Below, in pieces: positions 12,816-27,469 of a stretch of 64,000 nucleotides of DNA (position 1 is its first letter; the number at the start of each line of letters is the position of its first letter). The notes below the pieces were generated by a model. The model did not search any database. It was not told where the DNA came from and saw nothing but the letters and a program-made list of their open reading frames with translations. Both the position numbers and the translations under genes were made by a program. The stretch covers positions 26,166,001 through 26,230,000 of the forward strand of contig NC_087437.1 in assembly GCF_036321535.1 (NCBI RefSeq). Direction: 5' to 3'. The stretch is from Camelus dromedarius (lineage: Eukaryota).

Positions 12816-14196
12816 TCACGAAGACCCCAAACGAGTATAGTGCTGTCAACCTGCCTGATCTCCCAGGTAATGAAGGGAGGGTGAACTTTGCGCCTCCTTT
12901 ACGTCTGGAAGTGTATAACCCTCTGTCAGTGAAATTAATAAATTGTAAGCCAATAAAACTGGCCATCGTAGTAAACTGACACTGATTCCCTTTTCATCTC
13001 AAAATACTCAAAATAACAATTTGAACACTTGGTTCTACATCTAGAGAATGATACCATTTATGTAAATTAAAAAAAAACAGAAAGTGTTGAATATTGCTTC
13101 TGGATACACATGAATAGGCAATAAGAAGTACAAAAATATGCAAGATGGATACACATCAACTTCCAAACTGCCTAGGGGCTATCACTAGGGCAGCAAGAAG
13201 GGAAAGAAACGGATTTCAGTGGTGGGGATGAGTTTACATATTAATTATAAGACATTAAAAAAAATAAGATCTATGGAAATATGGCACATCTGGGTGTTGG
13301 GTACATGGTGTAAACCTTGAATTAGTCGTTACACTTCTCTGAGCATCTGAAGTATTTTAAATCAATCATCTAAACGCCTTTCTTTTGTCATATCGGTTAC
13401 TGTTTGTTTTCATCTCTTTATTTTTAATAACTTTCATAATTGTATTTGCTCATTTGCCAGAAGCCACTGCAAGGGCAGAAAAGATGCAAGAAATAGAAAA
13501 CTGCCCTTTATTTGGGTTTAAAAGACTATAATTACAATTGACTTGTTCTACGCACAAAGATATTTCTGGCTAAATTACCTTTTGCTTCTGCTCATACGTT
13601 TCATATTTTAAAACAACACCCTTTTGTTTTAATTAATTTTATCATAAAATAATTTTAGACTCACATAGAAGATGTAAAAAGAGTATAGACTTCGTGTGTA
13701 TCCTCTACCCAGCTTTCCCGAGGACGTGGTACAGAAACATGGTACAGTGCTCAACACCAGGGATGGACAATGTGTAATACTATTAACTAAACTAAATAAG
13801 GTCTAAACTATGACCTTATTCACATTTCACCATAAACACCACCTCTTCATTGTTTCCTATTTACCATAGGACATGTTTTTATACCCCTGTTGGCTACATA
13901 AAACCACAAGATACCTGTTAACAATTACTACACAACACCATCCCATTGAAATCATCCCATTTTCAAATTATTGATTAGGGGTTTACTCCATGTCATATCA
14001 CCATTTTTGAATTTGAGATTTTGTTTTTAAAAGGTAGATGACTTCTTCCTCTACTTTTCTTTTCTGCCACTTCCCTCCACACTCTCCCTCTATCCTCACC
14101 CCAACCCCCAAGCTCCCAGCATAAACAAAGACCCATTATACACGAAACCACATAGTAAAGAAAGCAAAAATAAGTGGCCTCAAAATATTGACTTAC

Positions 14197-14330
14197 CCAT
14201 TGAGGAAAGGATCTGAGCTATTATTTGTGATGGATCTCATGTCTGGGGTCATGGCGGGGGTGTTGACAGCAGCCTGAACTGTGGCCAGGGTCTCTGCTTC
14301 CATGGGCAGCTGTCTGCAGAGGGCAGCTTC
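14197..14330 (-). CDS. WWTR1: WWTR1/TAZ coding exon 5, 134 bp
   Basis: Acceptor gtttctgtag|GAA GCT GCC, donor AAT GG|gtaagt; EAALCRQLPMEAETLATVQAAVNTPAMTPDMRSITNNSSDPFLN(G). Read manually; phase 0 in, phase 2 out, consistent with neighbours. Confidence 0.97.
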
Positions 14331-16147
14331 CTACAGAAACAGGACAGTCACAGGGAGAAGCAAGAGTCATTTACTCATTGCCACAAGGACAGGAGCAAAG
14401 GATGCTTCGCACAAAAACTTTTCACCAAACATACAAGCACTCTATGTTTATTTCCCATAAGCCAAAATCATCAGGAAATCATTAGTGTTCTTTCTTTGAA
14501 GAAAGTCTTACAGGCATAAGTCACTTTCTCACATTCACAAAGTTAACCAGAAGCTCATGTGGTATTTGCCCTCAAAGCATTTACGTAGTGACTGTCCAAC
14601 CCATCCAATTGTTTAAATACCCAAATCATATAAAGGTCTCTCAAGACACTTTCTCAGAGACAAGGCTATTTTATCCCAGGTGTTCAGACCAAATCTAAAT
14701 CAATCAAAGCAACTGGTCTTCTCCAACTAGCAGGTGCATTCTGGTCTCTGCCACTTACAGGGCAGTAACACTGTGGGATTACAGAGTTCATTTCAGGCTT
14801 GCATAAAATCACATCTGGCAGTCTTATATCAATAGCCAGGACAGCAAAACAACTAGTTAAAAAGTTTCTTAGTCAATCAGTTTTTCTATTTGACTAATTA
14901 TTTCCCTGACTAAAATGGCTGAAGGTTGGGGAACCACTCAGTTCCAATCCGAATCCCACTGACGATTACCTATTTGATAGCATATGGATTTCATTAGCAA
15001 AAATTAAAACATGAACTTTCTTTTTTTTTAAGCTAGCATTACTCTGCCAAGGAGAGTCAATCCAAAAGTTTACGAATTTGACTGCAATTACTTTCTCTAG
15101 CTAGAACCTCCAGGGAGTCGCTCCCATTTTGACAAACATAACCAGACACCAAATTCCTTTCCAATTTGCTGCTGTTTCCAGAGAATAATACTTTTGTATA
15201 TTTGTACTTGCGTCCAAAACCAAAGTTAGGACCTTCCCGTATTTACGCCTATCAGTTTCCCACTATCCAGGCTGAAGTCATTTGTCTCACTGTCCCTCAA
15301 ACCCCAAAACCCTGGCTACCATGGCAAACAGACTATTCAGGCCATCTAAGTTACAGGGTCTGTGTTACACTTCTTCCAGTCCCAACATGCTATGATTTTA
15401 TAGAGTAACTGCTGTCTAGACAAGTCTAGTGAAGTCATGGGCTATAAAAACTTTCGGTTACTAGAGTTCATTATACTGTTACTAGGAGTTACGGTAGCAC
15501 GAGTCTTGTAAACCATGGGAGAGATGATTGATAAGAAACTGTATTGTTAACTTTTACTGAAATAAATCCCCTGTCCAGAAAGGGCTCCTCGTTCACTCCA
15601 GCTCATCCAGATGGCAAATAATCAAATACTTAATGAACAAATTTTATTCAGTAATCTATAAAAAGCAAACCAAAAAATGGAGATTTTTTAAAAAGGGGAT
15701 TTGAGTCCATAATCCCAATCTTGGAAGTACCTTCTGAATAAATCTAGAAACACTGAGTTATTTTCTTATAATTGTTTTTATGTGATAGGCAGTGCACATT
15801 TGAAAACTTATAGTCCAAGCAAAGCTTACCAGGAGGCCTCAGACAGAAGAATAACAGGGGCTGGACCTGATGGGAGGGGCATAGAGCCACCAACCCCTCA
15901 AACATACACACACACGCAAACCAGTCTGAAAGCAGCTAGTCAATGATACAGTTTCTGGTCCTTTATAAACTGCAAATTCAAAGGTCTTTTGGACAATCAC
16001 CTTCATTATCCAAAAAAATCAACTTTAATTAGAATATTCCAATTCTCCAACCATTCTGAAGATATGAGGAGGTTATCCCTAAACTGATGCCCCTTTAAAC
16101 ATACGAGCTGAAGAGATTCCTGCATTTCTTTATATCTGACATAATTC

Positions 16148-16300
16148 TTTTTAATTTTTTTGTTTATTAAAAAATTTATTTTGTGTGTGGGGAGAAGTAA
16201 TTGCGTTTATTTATTTATTTTTAATGGAGCTACTGGGGATTGAACCCAGGACCTCGTGCATACTAAGCATGTGTTCTACCACTGAGCTATACACTCCCTC
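16148..16300 (-). mobile_element. Vic-1-like SINE, long-tailed form
   Basis: Reverse complement gagggagtgtatagctcagtggtagaac...gggttcaatccccagtagctccattaaaaataaataaataaacgcaattacttctcccc plus A tail. Confidence 0.88.
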
Positions 16301-16721
16301 TAGGACATCTACTCTTCTAAATATGCTGCTAGGAGGATAAAAAAACATCTAGCCAAACACTGAAAGAATACTGGTTGAATTTGCAACTCCAGGTGGTCTG
16401 AATTTAAATATAAGAATCATTTCTGGAACTTCATTAGATTTTTAAAAAATTACATAACATATGAATTATCTGTCATCTGTAATGACATATAAAAATAAAA
16501 TGTTAAATTGTAAGAAAAATATCAGAAACTAGATACAAAATCTATAGTTCTAAATTTTTATTTAAATTACTCCTGGAATATTTCAAATAGATACTGTATG
16601 CCTTTTTAAAAGAACACTTGTATGTGGCTAAGCATGTAAGCGAAATTCAGAAGCACTATTTATAATAACCAAAGCTGAAATAACCTAAACTCACGGTGCC
16701 ATTTCACATCTCTTTCCTCTA

Positions 16722-17074
16722 TTTTATTTTATTTTTTTAATTGAAGTATAATCAGTTACAATGTGACAATTTCTGGTGTACAGCACGATGTCCCAGTCTC
16801 ATAAACACACACACACACATATTAGTTTTCATATTCTTTTTCATTAAAGGTTATTACAAGATATTGAATACAGTTCCCTGCTCTATACAGAAGAAATTTG
16901 GTTTTTTGCCTATTTTTATATATAGTAGTTAATATTTGCAAATCTCGAACTCCCAAATTTATTCCTTACAACCACCCTTCCCTCGTAACCATAAGATTGT
17001 TTACTATGTCTGCGAGTCTGTTTCTGTTTTGTAGATGAATTCATTAGTGCCTTCTTTTTCTTTATTTAGATTCC
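16722..17074 (-). mobile_element. 5'-truncated L1 3' end
   Basis: T-rich tail then ttgaagtata...atattgaatacagttccctg...gagtctgtttctgttttgta...ttagattcc. Confidence 0.8.
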
Positions 17075-20000
17075 TGTTCCCTCTGTTTTAAATGAAAGAT
17101 AACTGTAGCTCCATTCCTCAGCATCGATGTGGTTTCCCTCCGTTCTTTGAGGACGTGACCCCCACGTCATTGCGAGGCAATGCTATGTTCAGCCTGTAGG
17201 GGGCTCACAGTATCTTTTTGACTTTCAAACAAATGAGAGAGAATACAGAAAGGGTGTTGACTATACCTGAAACTAACTTTGAAATATAAATTAGTCCAGT
17301 CTGAATTAGAAAGTTATTCGAGGGGGCAATGCTTTCTCCGAAATGATTCTAAGATTATTCTTGGGTGGCCCCAGCTCTAGACCCACCTGTTCCCTAGCCC
17401 ACCTGGATGGTGGCCCACAAAGCCTGCCTGTCCACGTCTCCTCCGTTGTCTCCCTCACTCCTCCCCACTGCTCCTCCCACTTCCAGCATCTGCTCCAACT
17501 GTTTCCTCTGCTTGGAACACACTCCTAAGATCTTCCCAGATCTTCACTCCCTCACTGATGTCTGTCTCCTATAGATGCCATCTCTTTAGACATTATGTTA
17601 AATGTTCTTCATAGCAACTTATTATTTAGTGTCTTTCTCATTAGAATGTAAGGTCCATGAGGAAAGGGATCTTATTTGTCATGGTCATTCCTATATCCCC
17701 ACTGTGTACAACCACACAGGTATATAGTAGGTACTTATAAATATCTGCCCAATGAAACAATGAAAAATGTTACCAGAATTCAAATGGAAAAACCATTTTA
17801 AATTATAATTAATAATAAGAGAAAAAATTAGCTAAGAACATTCATTTCTTATCTTCAACCACAAATATGAGTAAAGTAACAGTCTTCTGTCTACATCCAT
17901 CTACCCAGGCTCAAACTTCATCCTAATTTAATGATCCCACTGCACTTTTTTTCCTGCTCCCGGCACGGAAGACAAGCAGGAGGTCAGAGTGATCAGAAGC
18001 AGGGATTCCAGGGCCAAAGGCTTGATCTGAACCTTGGCCATCCCCTAGCTGGCTACTTAACCTCTCTGTTCCTCGTCTATAAGGTGGGAATAATAACAGC
18101 GTCTCCCCAACAGGGCGGCTGCAGTGATAATATGAGGTAATACGTATATGATGCTGAGAACGGTGCTGGCACAGAGATCTTTTAATAAATGCCAACTAAG
18201 TATTATGATTATTATCATCTCATGTATTCCAATCCCAGGAAACAAAAGCAAAAACAAAAATAAACAACCAGTCTTAAAAGTCACCCTATCACGTGGACCT
18301 GATCCGCTTTGAGTAGTCTGACACTTCTTCCTGGTCAGCCTTCACCTTGGAAGGATTAAACCTAAGGTGAAATCCACCATGAATCAGCAAAGCTAAGAAA
18401 AAAAAATTTTTTTAAATCAAGGAGAGATCTGTAAACCTTTTTGTATAACATAAAATTAATTTTTAATATAAATGGATAATGGTGAAGTTTCATTTCACAC
18501 AATTGTTTTTATAACAGTCCCGTATTTAGGGTTTTTTTTAAAGTCTAGCCTTTTTGAATGAAAATATTTTCCTATTTCTGTTCATAAATTGGAGAAGAAA
18601 AGTGGTATGAAATTCAAGGTTTGGAAATAAAAGGACTAACCTCGCTCACATGTCCCCATCCAAACAGTGGAGGATTTTAATTTTTTTTTTAAAAAAAGCA
18701 AAATTGAGGTGTAAAATTAAGCCTCAGACTCAGTATGATTTTGGCTGCTACATGACATCTGCCCTTGCAGGGCAGAAATAAAGGCAAACACCTGACTTTA
18801 GTTTGACCAAGATGCAGCAGTCAGGACTGATGGAACTAAGACAGCTGAAGCAAAGACAGAAGATGGGGGCACTGGACTAAGTAAACTGACATGGAAACGG
18901 GGACAGCTGAACAAGGCTGGTGGAAGACATGACTCAGGCCTCCAACTCCGAGCTGGCGGCGCAGCTGCCCTAACCCTGTGCTCCCTCCCCGCCCCTCCAC
19001 CCCCCCCCCCCCCCCCCGCAGCCCTCGTCCAGCAGGATAATGAATGCTAAGCTGGAGGCACACCGAGCTCCTTGGTCTCTCACTCCCACCTCTGCTCCAG
19101 GTCAGCAAATCTGTTCACAGACGCCTTCCTCGTGTCCCTTCCCCCGCCCCCACCCTGTCCTCCCAAACAAGTTACCTCTTCATCAAGCCGAATCTCCCCC
19201 CCACCTCAGAAGTTCTGTTACACCACCTCTTCCAGAATGCCTTCCCTGACAACTATAACCACAGCAAACCACTACCTTCTCCTCCCCCAGCCCTGAAGTC
19301 CAAAATAAACGTGTCCAGCTGGGGTCTGAAACTCCACGTCTCACAGTACACTCCTCATCTGGCCCCAAAGCAGCTCTTCCTGCTAACCTCAAGCTTTCTC
19401 CTAACACCATCACCAGTCCTCCCAACTCCAAATCTGAGTCAACTGTCTCCCTCAGCTTCCCCAACAATTCATACATTTGCACCTGTATTTATTTTTTTAA
19501 ATACTATGGAGGCTACCAGGTGACAGGTGTGGTTCTCGGCAGCAGGGATACAGCAATGAACAGCACAGACAGTACCCTGCCTCAGCGAGGATTCCAGAGG
19601 GGGAGACAGACTATAACAAAAAACGATGGAGAAAGGCCAAGCCTTGTGTGGCCCATCTCTCTGATCTCTACATTCTCCAAGACTCTTTCCCAACTCAAAT
19701 AGTCAGCACTGCTTCTCTAGATCTTCCAACTGACCCGCCTGACTCCAGTCAATCTCCAAGTGCAAGGCTGCACCCCAGATCTCTGTTCTACACTTTGTCA
19801 TAATCTTTACAAAAAGTGACCAGTGGAGAAGCATCAGGATGGGGAGAGGCCAGGATGTCATGTCCAACAAAGAAGCAAGGGAACTGTTTAAAAGAGACGT
19901 GAGGGGCACACCGTGGCTCTCAAACTATTAATGGACTGTCATATGGAAGAAGGAAGATTCCTTCTATCCCAGACTGGAGGCAGATATGATGGAAGACTTT

Positions 20001-20419
20001 GTAGTTAGTAGCCCGTTCAGTGGTAGAACGGGGTGCATCTCAAATCTCTGGGCTACTGGCCTCTGGAATTTTCAAGGAGTTGTTGAGGCTTAAATGCGCC
20101 TGGACATGGCTAGGGGTTGGCACAGGATAAAAAGTGTTCTTGGAATCAGAATGATGGAAGCTCAAATCCCAGCTCAGCGACTCCCTAGCTGTAACATCTT
20201 GGACTAAATTGTTAACCTTTCTTGACAGTTGTGTTCATCATCTGAAAAAAAAAAATGGCTTCTAAGATTCATCTTGCTGAGCTGTTACATATAGATTAAA
20301 AAGCATATTTATTAAGAACCTGGCACAATGAGGCAGTCAGGACAATGAGCCACTCAATAATAGTGTTAAATGTTTTAGGAGGCATAGATATTAGCTAATT
20401 CTTGAATATCTCTGACTAC

Positions 20420-20760
20420 CTGTACAGCACTGTCCTAAATGCTTTAACATACTATTCGTTTCATCCTCATCATCCTCATGACAATCCAAATGTCCCCACT
20501 TTATAGATGAGGACACTGAGGCACAGAGAGGTTAGGCAACTTTCCCAGGACCTGGCCCCAGAATGTTCTCACAGCCACCACACAGTGGCAGAGAGAGGAA
20601 AGCCAAGGGTTGAGGTTGGTCAAATTTCCGGCCTTTTCACCCACTGACTGTGGGACTTGGGCAAGATATTTCATTTCTCTGAGCTTGTTTTCCCAGCTGT
20701 AAAATGGAAATACCAACCCCTCTCCTTCAGGCAAGTTAGAGGAGTTAATGAAACAGCCCG
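20420..20760. mobile_element. MIR fragments (opposite orientations)
   Basis: ccccactttatagatgaggacactgaggcacagagaggttaggcaactt and tctctgagcttgttttcccagctgtaaaatgg cores. Further MIR cores near 3250-3400, 10680-10770, 18010-18190, 37570-37650, 54110-54270 and 56490-56650. Confidence 0.65.
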
Positions 20761-22009
20761 TTTAACTGTCCTGATCCCACGTTCCCTCTCAAAATCGGGA
20801 AAGAGATTGAACGGGACGTATTCTCTGATCCTTTTCAATGTATATGGGTGGAGCTAGTGTCCTGGGAACTTGCAAGCACATCCAGCCAAGTTATAAGTTC
20901 AGATTTTAAAGGCCAGTTGCAGAAAGATCAGGAAATCTGCCCCTGGTAACCCTACCCCAACACTCCTCCACCACAACTTTTTTTTTCTATATATCCAAGC
21001 TGGGGGTGGAAAGACTGTTGCAAAATAAAGCCCTGAGAATCTCTTTCAGAGTTTGTGGTCTTCCAACTAGCTCCCCGGAACGAGTAATTATATGTGGGTT
21101 AAAAAGCGCCCTCTCCTAGGGGATGGGGAGGGGTGGTGTGTAAAATAGCTGGAGGGGCGAGGGCTGTGAAAGATAAATGCTGATTTGTAAGCGGAAGGTG
21201 TCCCTGGACTCGAACTTCAAACCCCCTTTCCTTCCAGCTCCCCACTGGCCTGCAGCCTGCCTGTGGAATAAATCAACAGAGGAGGTGAGAAAGTAAACAG
21301 CACTTGAAAGTATCCTGCCGCCCTGTCTGTCCTGGGCTGGGGGAGTGCCTCCCGCCAGCCACTCTGACCCTCTGGGAATGTACGTCAAGGAGGAACGAAT
21401 GACAATAACCTCTTCTGAGGGTGCTCTGCTTGATTTAAGTGTGTGTGGCCAGGGATTCTACAAAAATGGAAGACTAGATTGTTTTAATTATAAAGGGTGG
21501 GGTGAGTAGAAACAAATGAAAAAAATAAAGACAATATTTTGAAATCCTAACATTAAAATAGTTATTCTGGTGCAGAGAAGTTGCTCCCTCTGCCAAAACC
21601 CCGAGGGACTTCAGAAGCAGGATGCGGAATTATTTACCTTCTTTATAGGAAAAACAAAATATTCTAATGTAAATTTCTTAAGTCTGTGCCAAGGGATTCT
21701 AGAAATTCACTGTCACATTTCCTGGTGCCTTCCTCTTGGAAATACCGCATCACACAGGCTCAGCTGCCAGACTGGCACTACAGTCCAAACTCTGACACTT
21801 TGGGGAAGACATCTGTTGAGTCCATAATTATTATTCATGGTCTGTTTGATGCTCTTTTTAATTCAGGATGCATATAACAATCTTGTGTTATTCCAAAATT
21901 TATGTAATCCTTTAAAATCATATTAAGGAAAATATTATAGTTTAGATACTCTTCTCTTCATTTAAGAAAATGTGTCCAATTTATAACATCTTTCAAAAGG
22001 GTCCTTTTA

Positions 22010-22113
22010 GAGGGTGGAGGTATAACTCAGTGGTAGAGTATGTGGTTAGCATGAGCAAGGTCCTGGGTTCAATCTCCAGTACCTCCATTAAAAAAAATTT
22101 TTTTTTAAGTTTT
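22010..22113 (+). mobile_element. Vic-1-like SINE
   Basis: tRNA-like head; TSD-like AAAAGGGTCCTTTTA (21995-22009) / AAAAAGATCCTTTTA (22114-22128). Confidence 0.88.
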
Positions 22114-23574
22114 AAAAAGATCCTTTTAAAGAGACTTGAGTTGGCTTTTTTTTTTTTTTTTTAAGAAAATGGCTTATCTCTGGAACTTGTAGGCAAATAA
22201 AATGCTTACAGCAGTTAGAATGAGAGCCCCATGAGGGTAGGGACCAAGCCTGTTTGTTCACTGCTGTGTATTTAGTGCTGGCAGCATACTGAACAAATGA
22301 AATGAATGAAAGTAACTACTCAGGCTGCTCCAGAGGGAGTCACATCCTGGGTGGACAACACGACCTGTGATGTTTCCGGTCAGCCCGAAACCTAATTCTC
22401 TGAAATGCTTTTCCAAAAGTAAATTATAGCCCCATGTGCTGAAGGAAAGACTTATGAAACAGCCACTATTTATGCTGTGATATGACACTTTTTAACCTCT
22501 CTAAATAGCTATTCTTCACTTGACAAGAAACAGACCTCAGAGCCTCCCTGGACCAGCGCTGCCCACAGCCAGGCGTGTCCCTCCCCAGGGCCCTCGCTCA
22601 GGAATGGCTGTGAGAGGCCGGCCAGCTGGCCAGCCAGACCCGGCAGTGGCCGTCAAGCCTAACAGAGCTCTGTGAGGCCTGCCAAAAGAATCCCGGGGCC
22701 TCCCGCCCAAACCCTCTCCCCTGTCCCTGTTGCCCCGGCAACCAGAGGCCAGGCTTAGTCAGCATTTTTGTTTGACAAGTTGCTTTCTCTTGTCCACCGA
22801 GCCCCAATTAAAGGAAGGATGGGGCTAAAAGCGGTGCTGAGTTTGCCTGGGAATGATCATGATTTCTCAACAATGCAGAGAAAACGCAGGCTTGTCCACT
22901 TAAAACACCCAGGCTCTGGGGGCTGACAAAAAATCCTTGAGGTTAAAATCTTTCTTTGGGCAGAACGTACCCCACCCCCAGCTTTATATTTAAATGAATA
23001 ATACAGTGAAATACTCTCCTCAGATAAAGCCAAGAGTCTGTTTTCCTGTCAAAGAATTGACCTTTCCAATGGGTAAATAGGGACTGAGAAGCCTTAACCA
23101 GTTACTAAAATTTTCCATTTCATTGGGGTAAAGCTGTAAACATGCCCTTTATGATACTGAGCAAATATTGTGCTGATTTTTAAGCTGTAACAGCAGAATA
23201 TTCTATAATCCTGTGGGCATGTGTGGCTCATGGTATTTTAAAGTATGTGCCCAGCCGTGTAATGGAAAGGACTCCAGGCAGCTTAGAAGCGATACATCCA
23301 AACTCACAGCACAACTTTCACGGCTGATGCAGAGTAAATAAATGGCTTCTCAATGTATTAAAAAAGAGAGAGAGATAACAAACAGTAGTATAATATACTA
23401 CCAACTTTGGTTTAAAAAAAAAAACAAAATACACACAGATGCATACAAAGACTGGAAAGAAATCACCAACATTTTCACAGCTGCTCTCTTTAGGTAAGAA
23501 GATGAGTGATGATTACGTCCTTTTGCATTTTTTGATTATTTTAAACATTTTCTATGATGAATGTGTGTGATAAT

Positions 23575-23860
23575 TTTATTATTTTTACTTACCTACAGTC
23601 AAATTCACTCTTTGTGAAATTGTACAGTTCTGAGTTTTGGCAAATACAAAATGCATTTGTGAAACAGCCACCCCAATCAAGACTCAAAATTGTGCCATTG
23701 CCCCCTAAAATTCCCTGGTGCCCCCCTTTGTAGGCAGTCCCACCCCCACTCATCTGTTCTCTGTCTCTATAGTTTTGCCTTTTCCAGAAGGGCATACAAA
23801 TGGAATCATACATTATGAAGTCTTTTTGAGTCTGGATTCTCTCAGTTAGCAAAATGCTTT
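23575..23860 (-). mobile_element. Old L1 (L1M) 3' fragment
   Basis: tctatagttttgccttttccagaa...aaatggaatcatacattatg...tctggattctctcagttagcaaaatg. Confidence 0.75.
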
Positions 23861-23913
23861 CTTTTATCTCAAGTAGAAAAAATAAATGAATAAATTATAT
23901 TTTTAAAACTTAA

Positions 23914-24032
23914 GAGAGGTGGCTATAGTTCAATGGTAGAGCATATGCTTAGCACCTATGAGGTTCAATCCCCAGCACCTCCATTAAGAAAAATAAAAAT
24001 AAATTTAAAAAAATAATACTATCTATAAAAAA
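23914..24032 (+). mobile_element. Vic-1-like SINE with small internal deletion
   Basis: ggctatagttcaatggtagagcatatgcttagcac...ggttcaatccccagcacctccatt plus A-rich tail. Confidence 0.8.
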
Positions 24033-25942
24033 AGTTAAGAACTTTTCTGCTTTAACTTTACAAACTGAATTCTAATTTTTTTTTCTTTAACATGAAGATG
24101 CCAGGAAGGACGTTTTCAGCTGTGACCTGCTTTCTTTTCTACGGTCAGTATTCCTTAGATAAACCTGAAACTGCTTCACAGTCTTTTGGGAAGTTTAGCA
24201 AAAATTAAACTCTCATTATCAGGGACAGTGGAAAACGTCTTTCACGACAATGTGCTCCCCAGAACGCCTGTGGTAGCTGTTGAAAGCAGGGAAAGCGCCA
24301 CTTTCCTAACAAGGCTACGTGCTGCAGGCCTGGCTGGGATCCCCTTGCTCGGGGCACCCCTGCCCTTGGAGCACCGGCCACATCTGAGGTAGTACATCAA
24401 TTATCGGCTACAAGTAGTTCAACTCTGTTGCTACAGCAGCTGATGGTCAACTGTAGCAACCATTTTTAACCAAACTCTCCTACTTCAGAGGAGATACCAA
24501 ACCTCACTGGCCCTTTGTTTCTGATTCTCTACCTTTTCAACAGCTTGTTGGCCTCAGGGGCCACTGGAAAGTAGGAAGCACCTGATGCTCATTTGCATAG
24601 AACTCTGGGCTCGGGTGCATCTGGTCTCCACTCCAGAGATGGCAGCTGCTGGGACACGATGAAGTCAGGAATGGTTTGAATTTATCCTTCTGACCACTAA
24701 TTTGGACTCAGTTTAATTATTTTTGTCCCCTCTGCTAACGTGTAAGTTATCTGAAAGCAGCCATGCCCCAGTTTTCTTTTTATTACTTCCCACGGCATAA
24801 ATATTTGGTACAGAAACAAATGAGGAGATAAAGGAAGGAATGAAAAAAAATAATTTTGCATCGTAAAATAATGGAAGTTCCCTTCAGATCTGTAATCAGA
24901 CCTTCCTCAAGTCCGTTTTGTTAACATCTGAGTTAATGAGTTAACATCTGAGCCCTTGGCATCGTGAGGCAGATGTCAGATCGTGCAACAAGGACTGAGG
25001 AGTTGTTTTCTCCGCAGCACGACATCCAGCATCATCAGACCACATGCCCAGAGGAATAACGGCATGGATGCAGAAAGGAGGAGGAGGAGAAATAAAACCA
25101 AATACTTACATAGCGTATAACTTATAAGGAGCTTTCACATTTACCACATATCTAAGAGTGATAAAAGTATCCAGAGTGGTGACGATTTCCCAAGAATTAG
25201 GGAATAAATTCATCTACCTGTTAAATTTTACCAACCTCCCTTCCTGCTACAGAGATGGAGCATAGGAAGGGGCCTCTCTCCCAGAAGTTCTCCCTTGAGA
25301 GGGAGGTCAGGGCAGGGACTCTGAGAGGACAGGCTGCACAGTTGGGGCCCTCCTGCAAACTAGAGGAAGGCCAGGGTGATGGCAAATTGTCCAGAGAGCA
25401 AAGGATATTCAGGCAGTGGCTGGCCATCCGGAACAGGGAGCAGGACAGAAAGAACAAATGGGATGGAGAGTCTTCAGACCTCATCAGAGCCACCATGGCC
25501 TCCATCCCTACACATTCATTCCTACCAGGTGCTGAAAGGTGAGCCAAATACCAGGTTTACTTCCAGTCCATTTCCCTACCCCTGCCCTGGCTTAAGTGCA
25601 AATCTTGAGGCTTAAGTGCAAATCACTAAAAGAAAGAAGTTTAAAAAGAAAACCAAAAGAAGAAAAAACACTAAGGTGACACACATAATCCACACCTGAA
25701 CAATTAGACATCTTGGCAAATGCCCCAGAACACTGTCATCAAACACTCCAACCCCACTTATTGTACGGCCCTAAAAAACATCTCTGACCCTGAGGAGCAA
25801 GCTGCTTCTGGAAGGGGGGGGAGGGGAAGGGGGGCTCTTCCATGATTAAAAGAAAGTCTCTTCAGACAAAGGTACTCCTGTACCTTTCCTGTACTCTGTA
25901 ATAAAAATTAAGACATTAGAGCCTCCTCTAACTACACATGAA

Positions 25943-25945
<3 letters not shown>

Positions 25946-25978
<33 letters not shown>
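25946..25978. repeat. (AC)n microsatellite
   Basis: Visible; others at 10951-10976, 33476-33501 and 47231-47277 ((AC)n(AT)n). Confidence 0.95.
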
Positions 25979-25980
<2 letters not shown>

Positions 25981-27469
25981 CAAAGCTGAGCTGTGTGAGC
26001 CCCTGTGAACAAACCTGAGCAACATTTCTCCTCAAGATTCTATACAGTGGAATTGATGCTATGATGCAGCAAAATGCTCCAAGTTCCACAGCCGCTAGGG
26101 ATTGGCATTTATGGAACTTGGTTGGTATTTCTGTAATATGAACCATCAATACTAATATTCTGGTTCAAAGGCACCTACGGTCAGAATAAAGGAAACAATT
26201 TGGGGCCCTTTTCTCCACCCCTTTTCAGAAATACTTTCTGTGGGAAAGAAGGAGGTGGGGCAGGAGAAAGAGAAACACAGAAAGAGGCAGAACTGAGAAA
26301 CAAGTCATTTTTTTGCAGAATAGTTATAGCTGTGTGGGAAAAAAACTCATTTACGTTCATTTAGATATAAAACTAAGAGAAAACTTATAAATGCTACTGT
26401 AATACTGTCTAATTTACTCTATATTATAAGATAGATAAATTTTTCCAAACAGAATTATTATCCAAAGACAGAAAACAAAAATACAATTACTTCCTGCTAA
26501 GAAACAGGATACCATATATCTAAAAACAGTATAAACAGCTGTTACCCTGAAATAACCATGAAAGTTCAGACATAAATCCTTAGGGTAAAAAGCACAACAA
26601 TGGTTGTATTACAAAGTTGTATTCCTCAAATTTAGAGGATAGTTCAACAGAACAACAAAGCACAGTTTACACTCATTTCCTTCATTTTCAAAGACTATGT
26701 CTAAGGAATTCTTTTAATTCATCGTGTTTTTTAACTTCACATGTATAGATACTTCGTATCTCAGAATTTATTTGATGAAAAATACATTATTTACCCATGG
26801 CACTCAATGCGTATTTTTGAAAGTGTCAGACATAACTAAAAGAAAAAACAGTGTTTATCCTAATTCCCCCAGCCCCCTGCAAGAAAGCGTTAAGTACTTA
26901 TTTCCTTAAACTAGCAAAAGGAAGCTACCCATGTATCCTGCTTCAGTGTGAGTTACAAAGCAAAGTCTGAAGAATTAGAACAATAAACTGAAGGCTTCCT
27001 CCCCAAAAATGTAGCCAGCAAAATTAATGAGACCTGAAAACATGTGCTACGTTAGTATAGCAACACAGAAGAGAATTCTGCTCTTGCAAAGACCAAACCT
27101 TTGAAGCAAGGAGAAAATTGTGGGTTCCTTCAGGGATTCTTTTTGATTCAATTTTTGAAAATGTGGCCTGGAGCCTGACCCACAGAGGACACACATTCTG
27201 TTGACTGACTGATGGAATGAATAAATGAATGAGTGGAACATGGCACCAAGGTGCCTGACCAAAGCCAGGCCGTTTTGCAGACCACTTTAACAGAGTCCAT
27301 TTGCAGAAATTTTCCTTTCTCATTCTCCTCCAGTTTTCTCTAACTTTTTTCATGTTCCATGGCGGATCAAGGATGGCTGCAGATCCTTAGTCATTTCTTC
27401 CCTGGAACATCCCCTCTGCTATCTGCTCTACGGGGGGTGGGGGATGGGGGCAAGCAGTGGTATGGGGGC

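Noticed and set aside
19044..19523. 159-aa Pro/Ser/Leu-rich ORF and the many other 60-140 aa ORFs
   Set aside because: No recognisable domains, low complexity or TE overlap; the number is as expected by chance, and many start at non-ATG codons.
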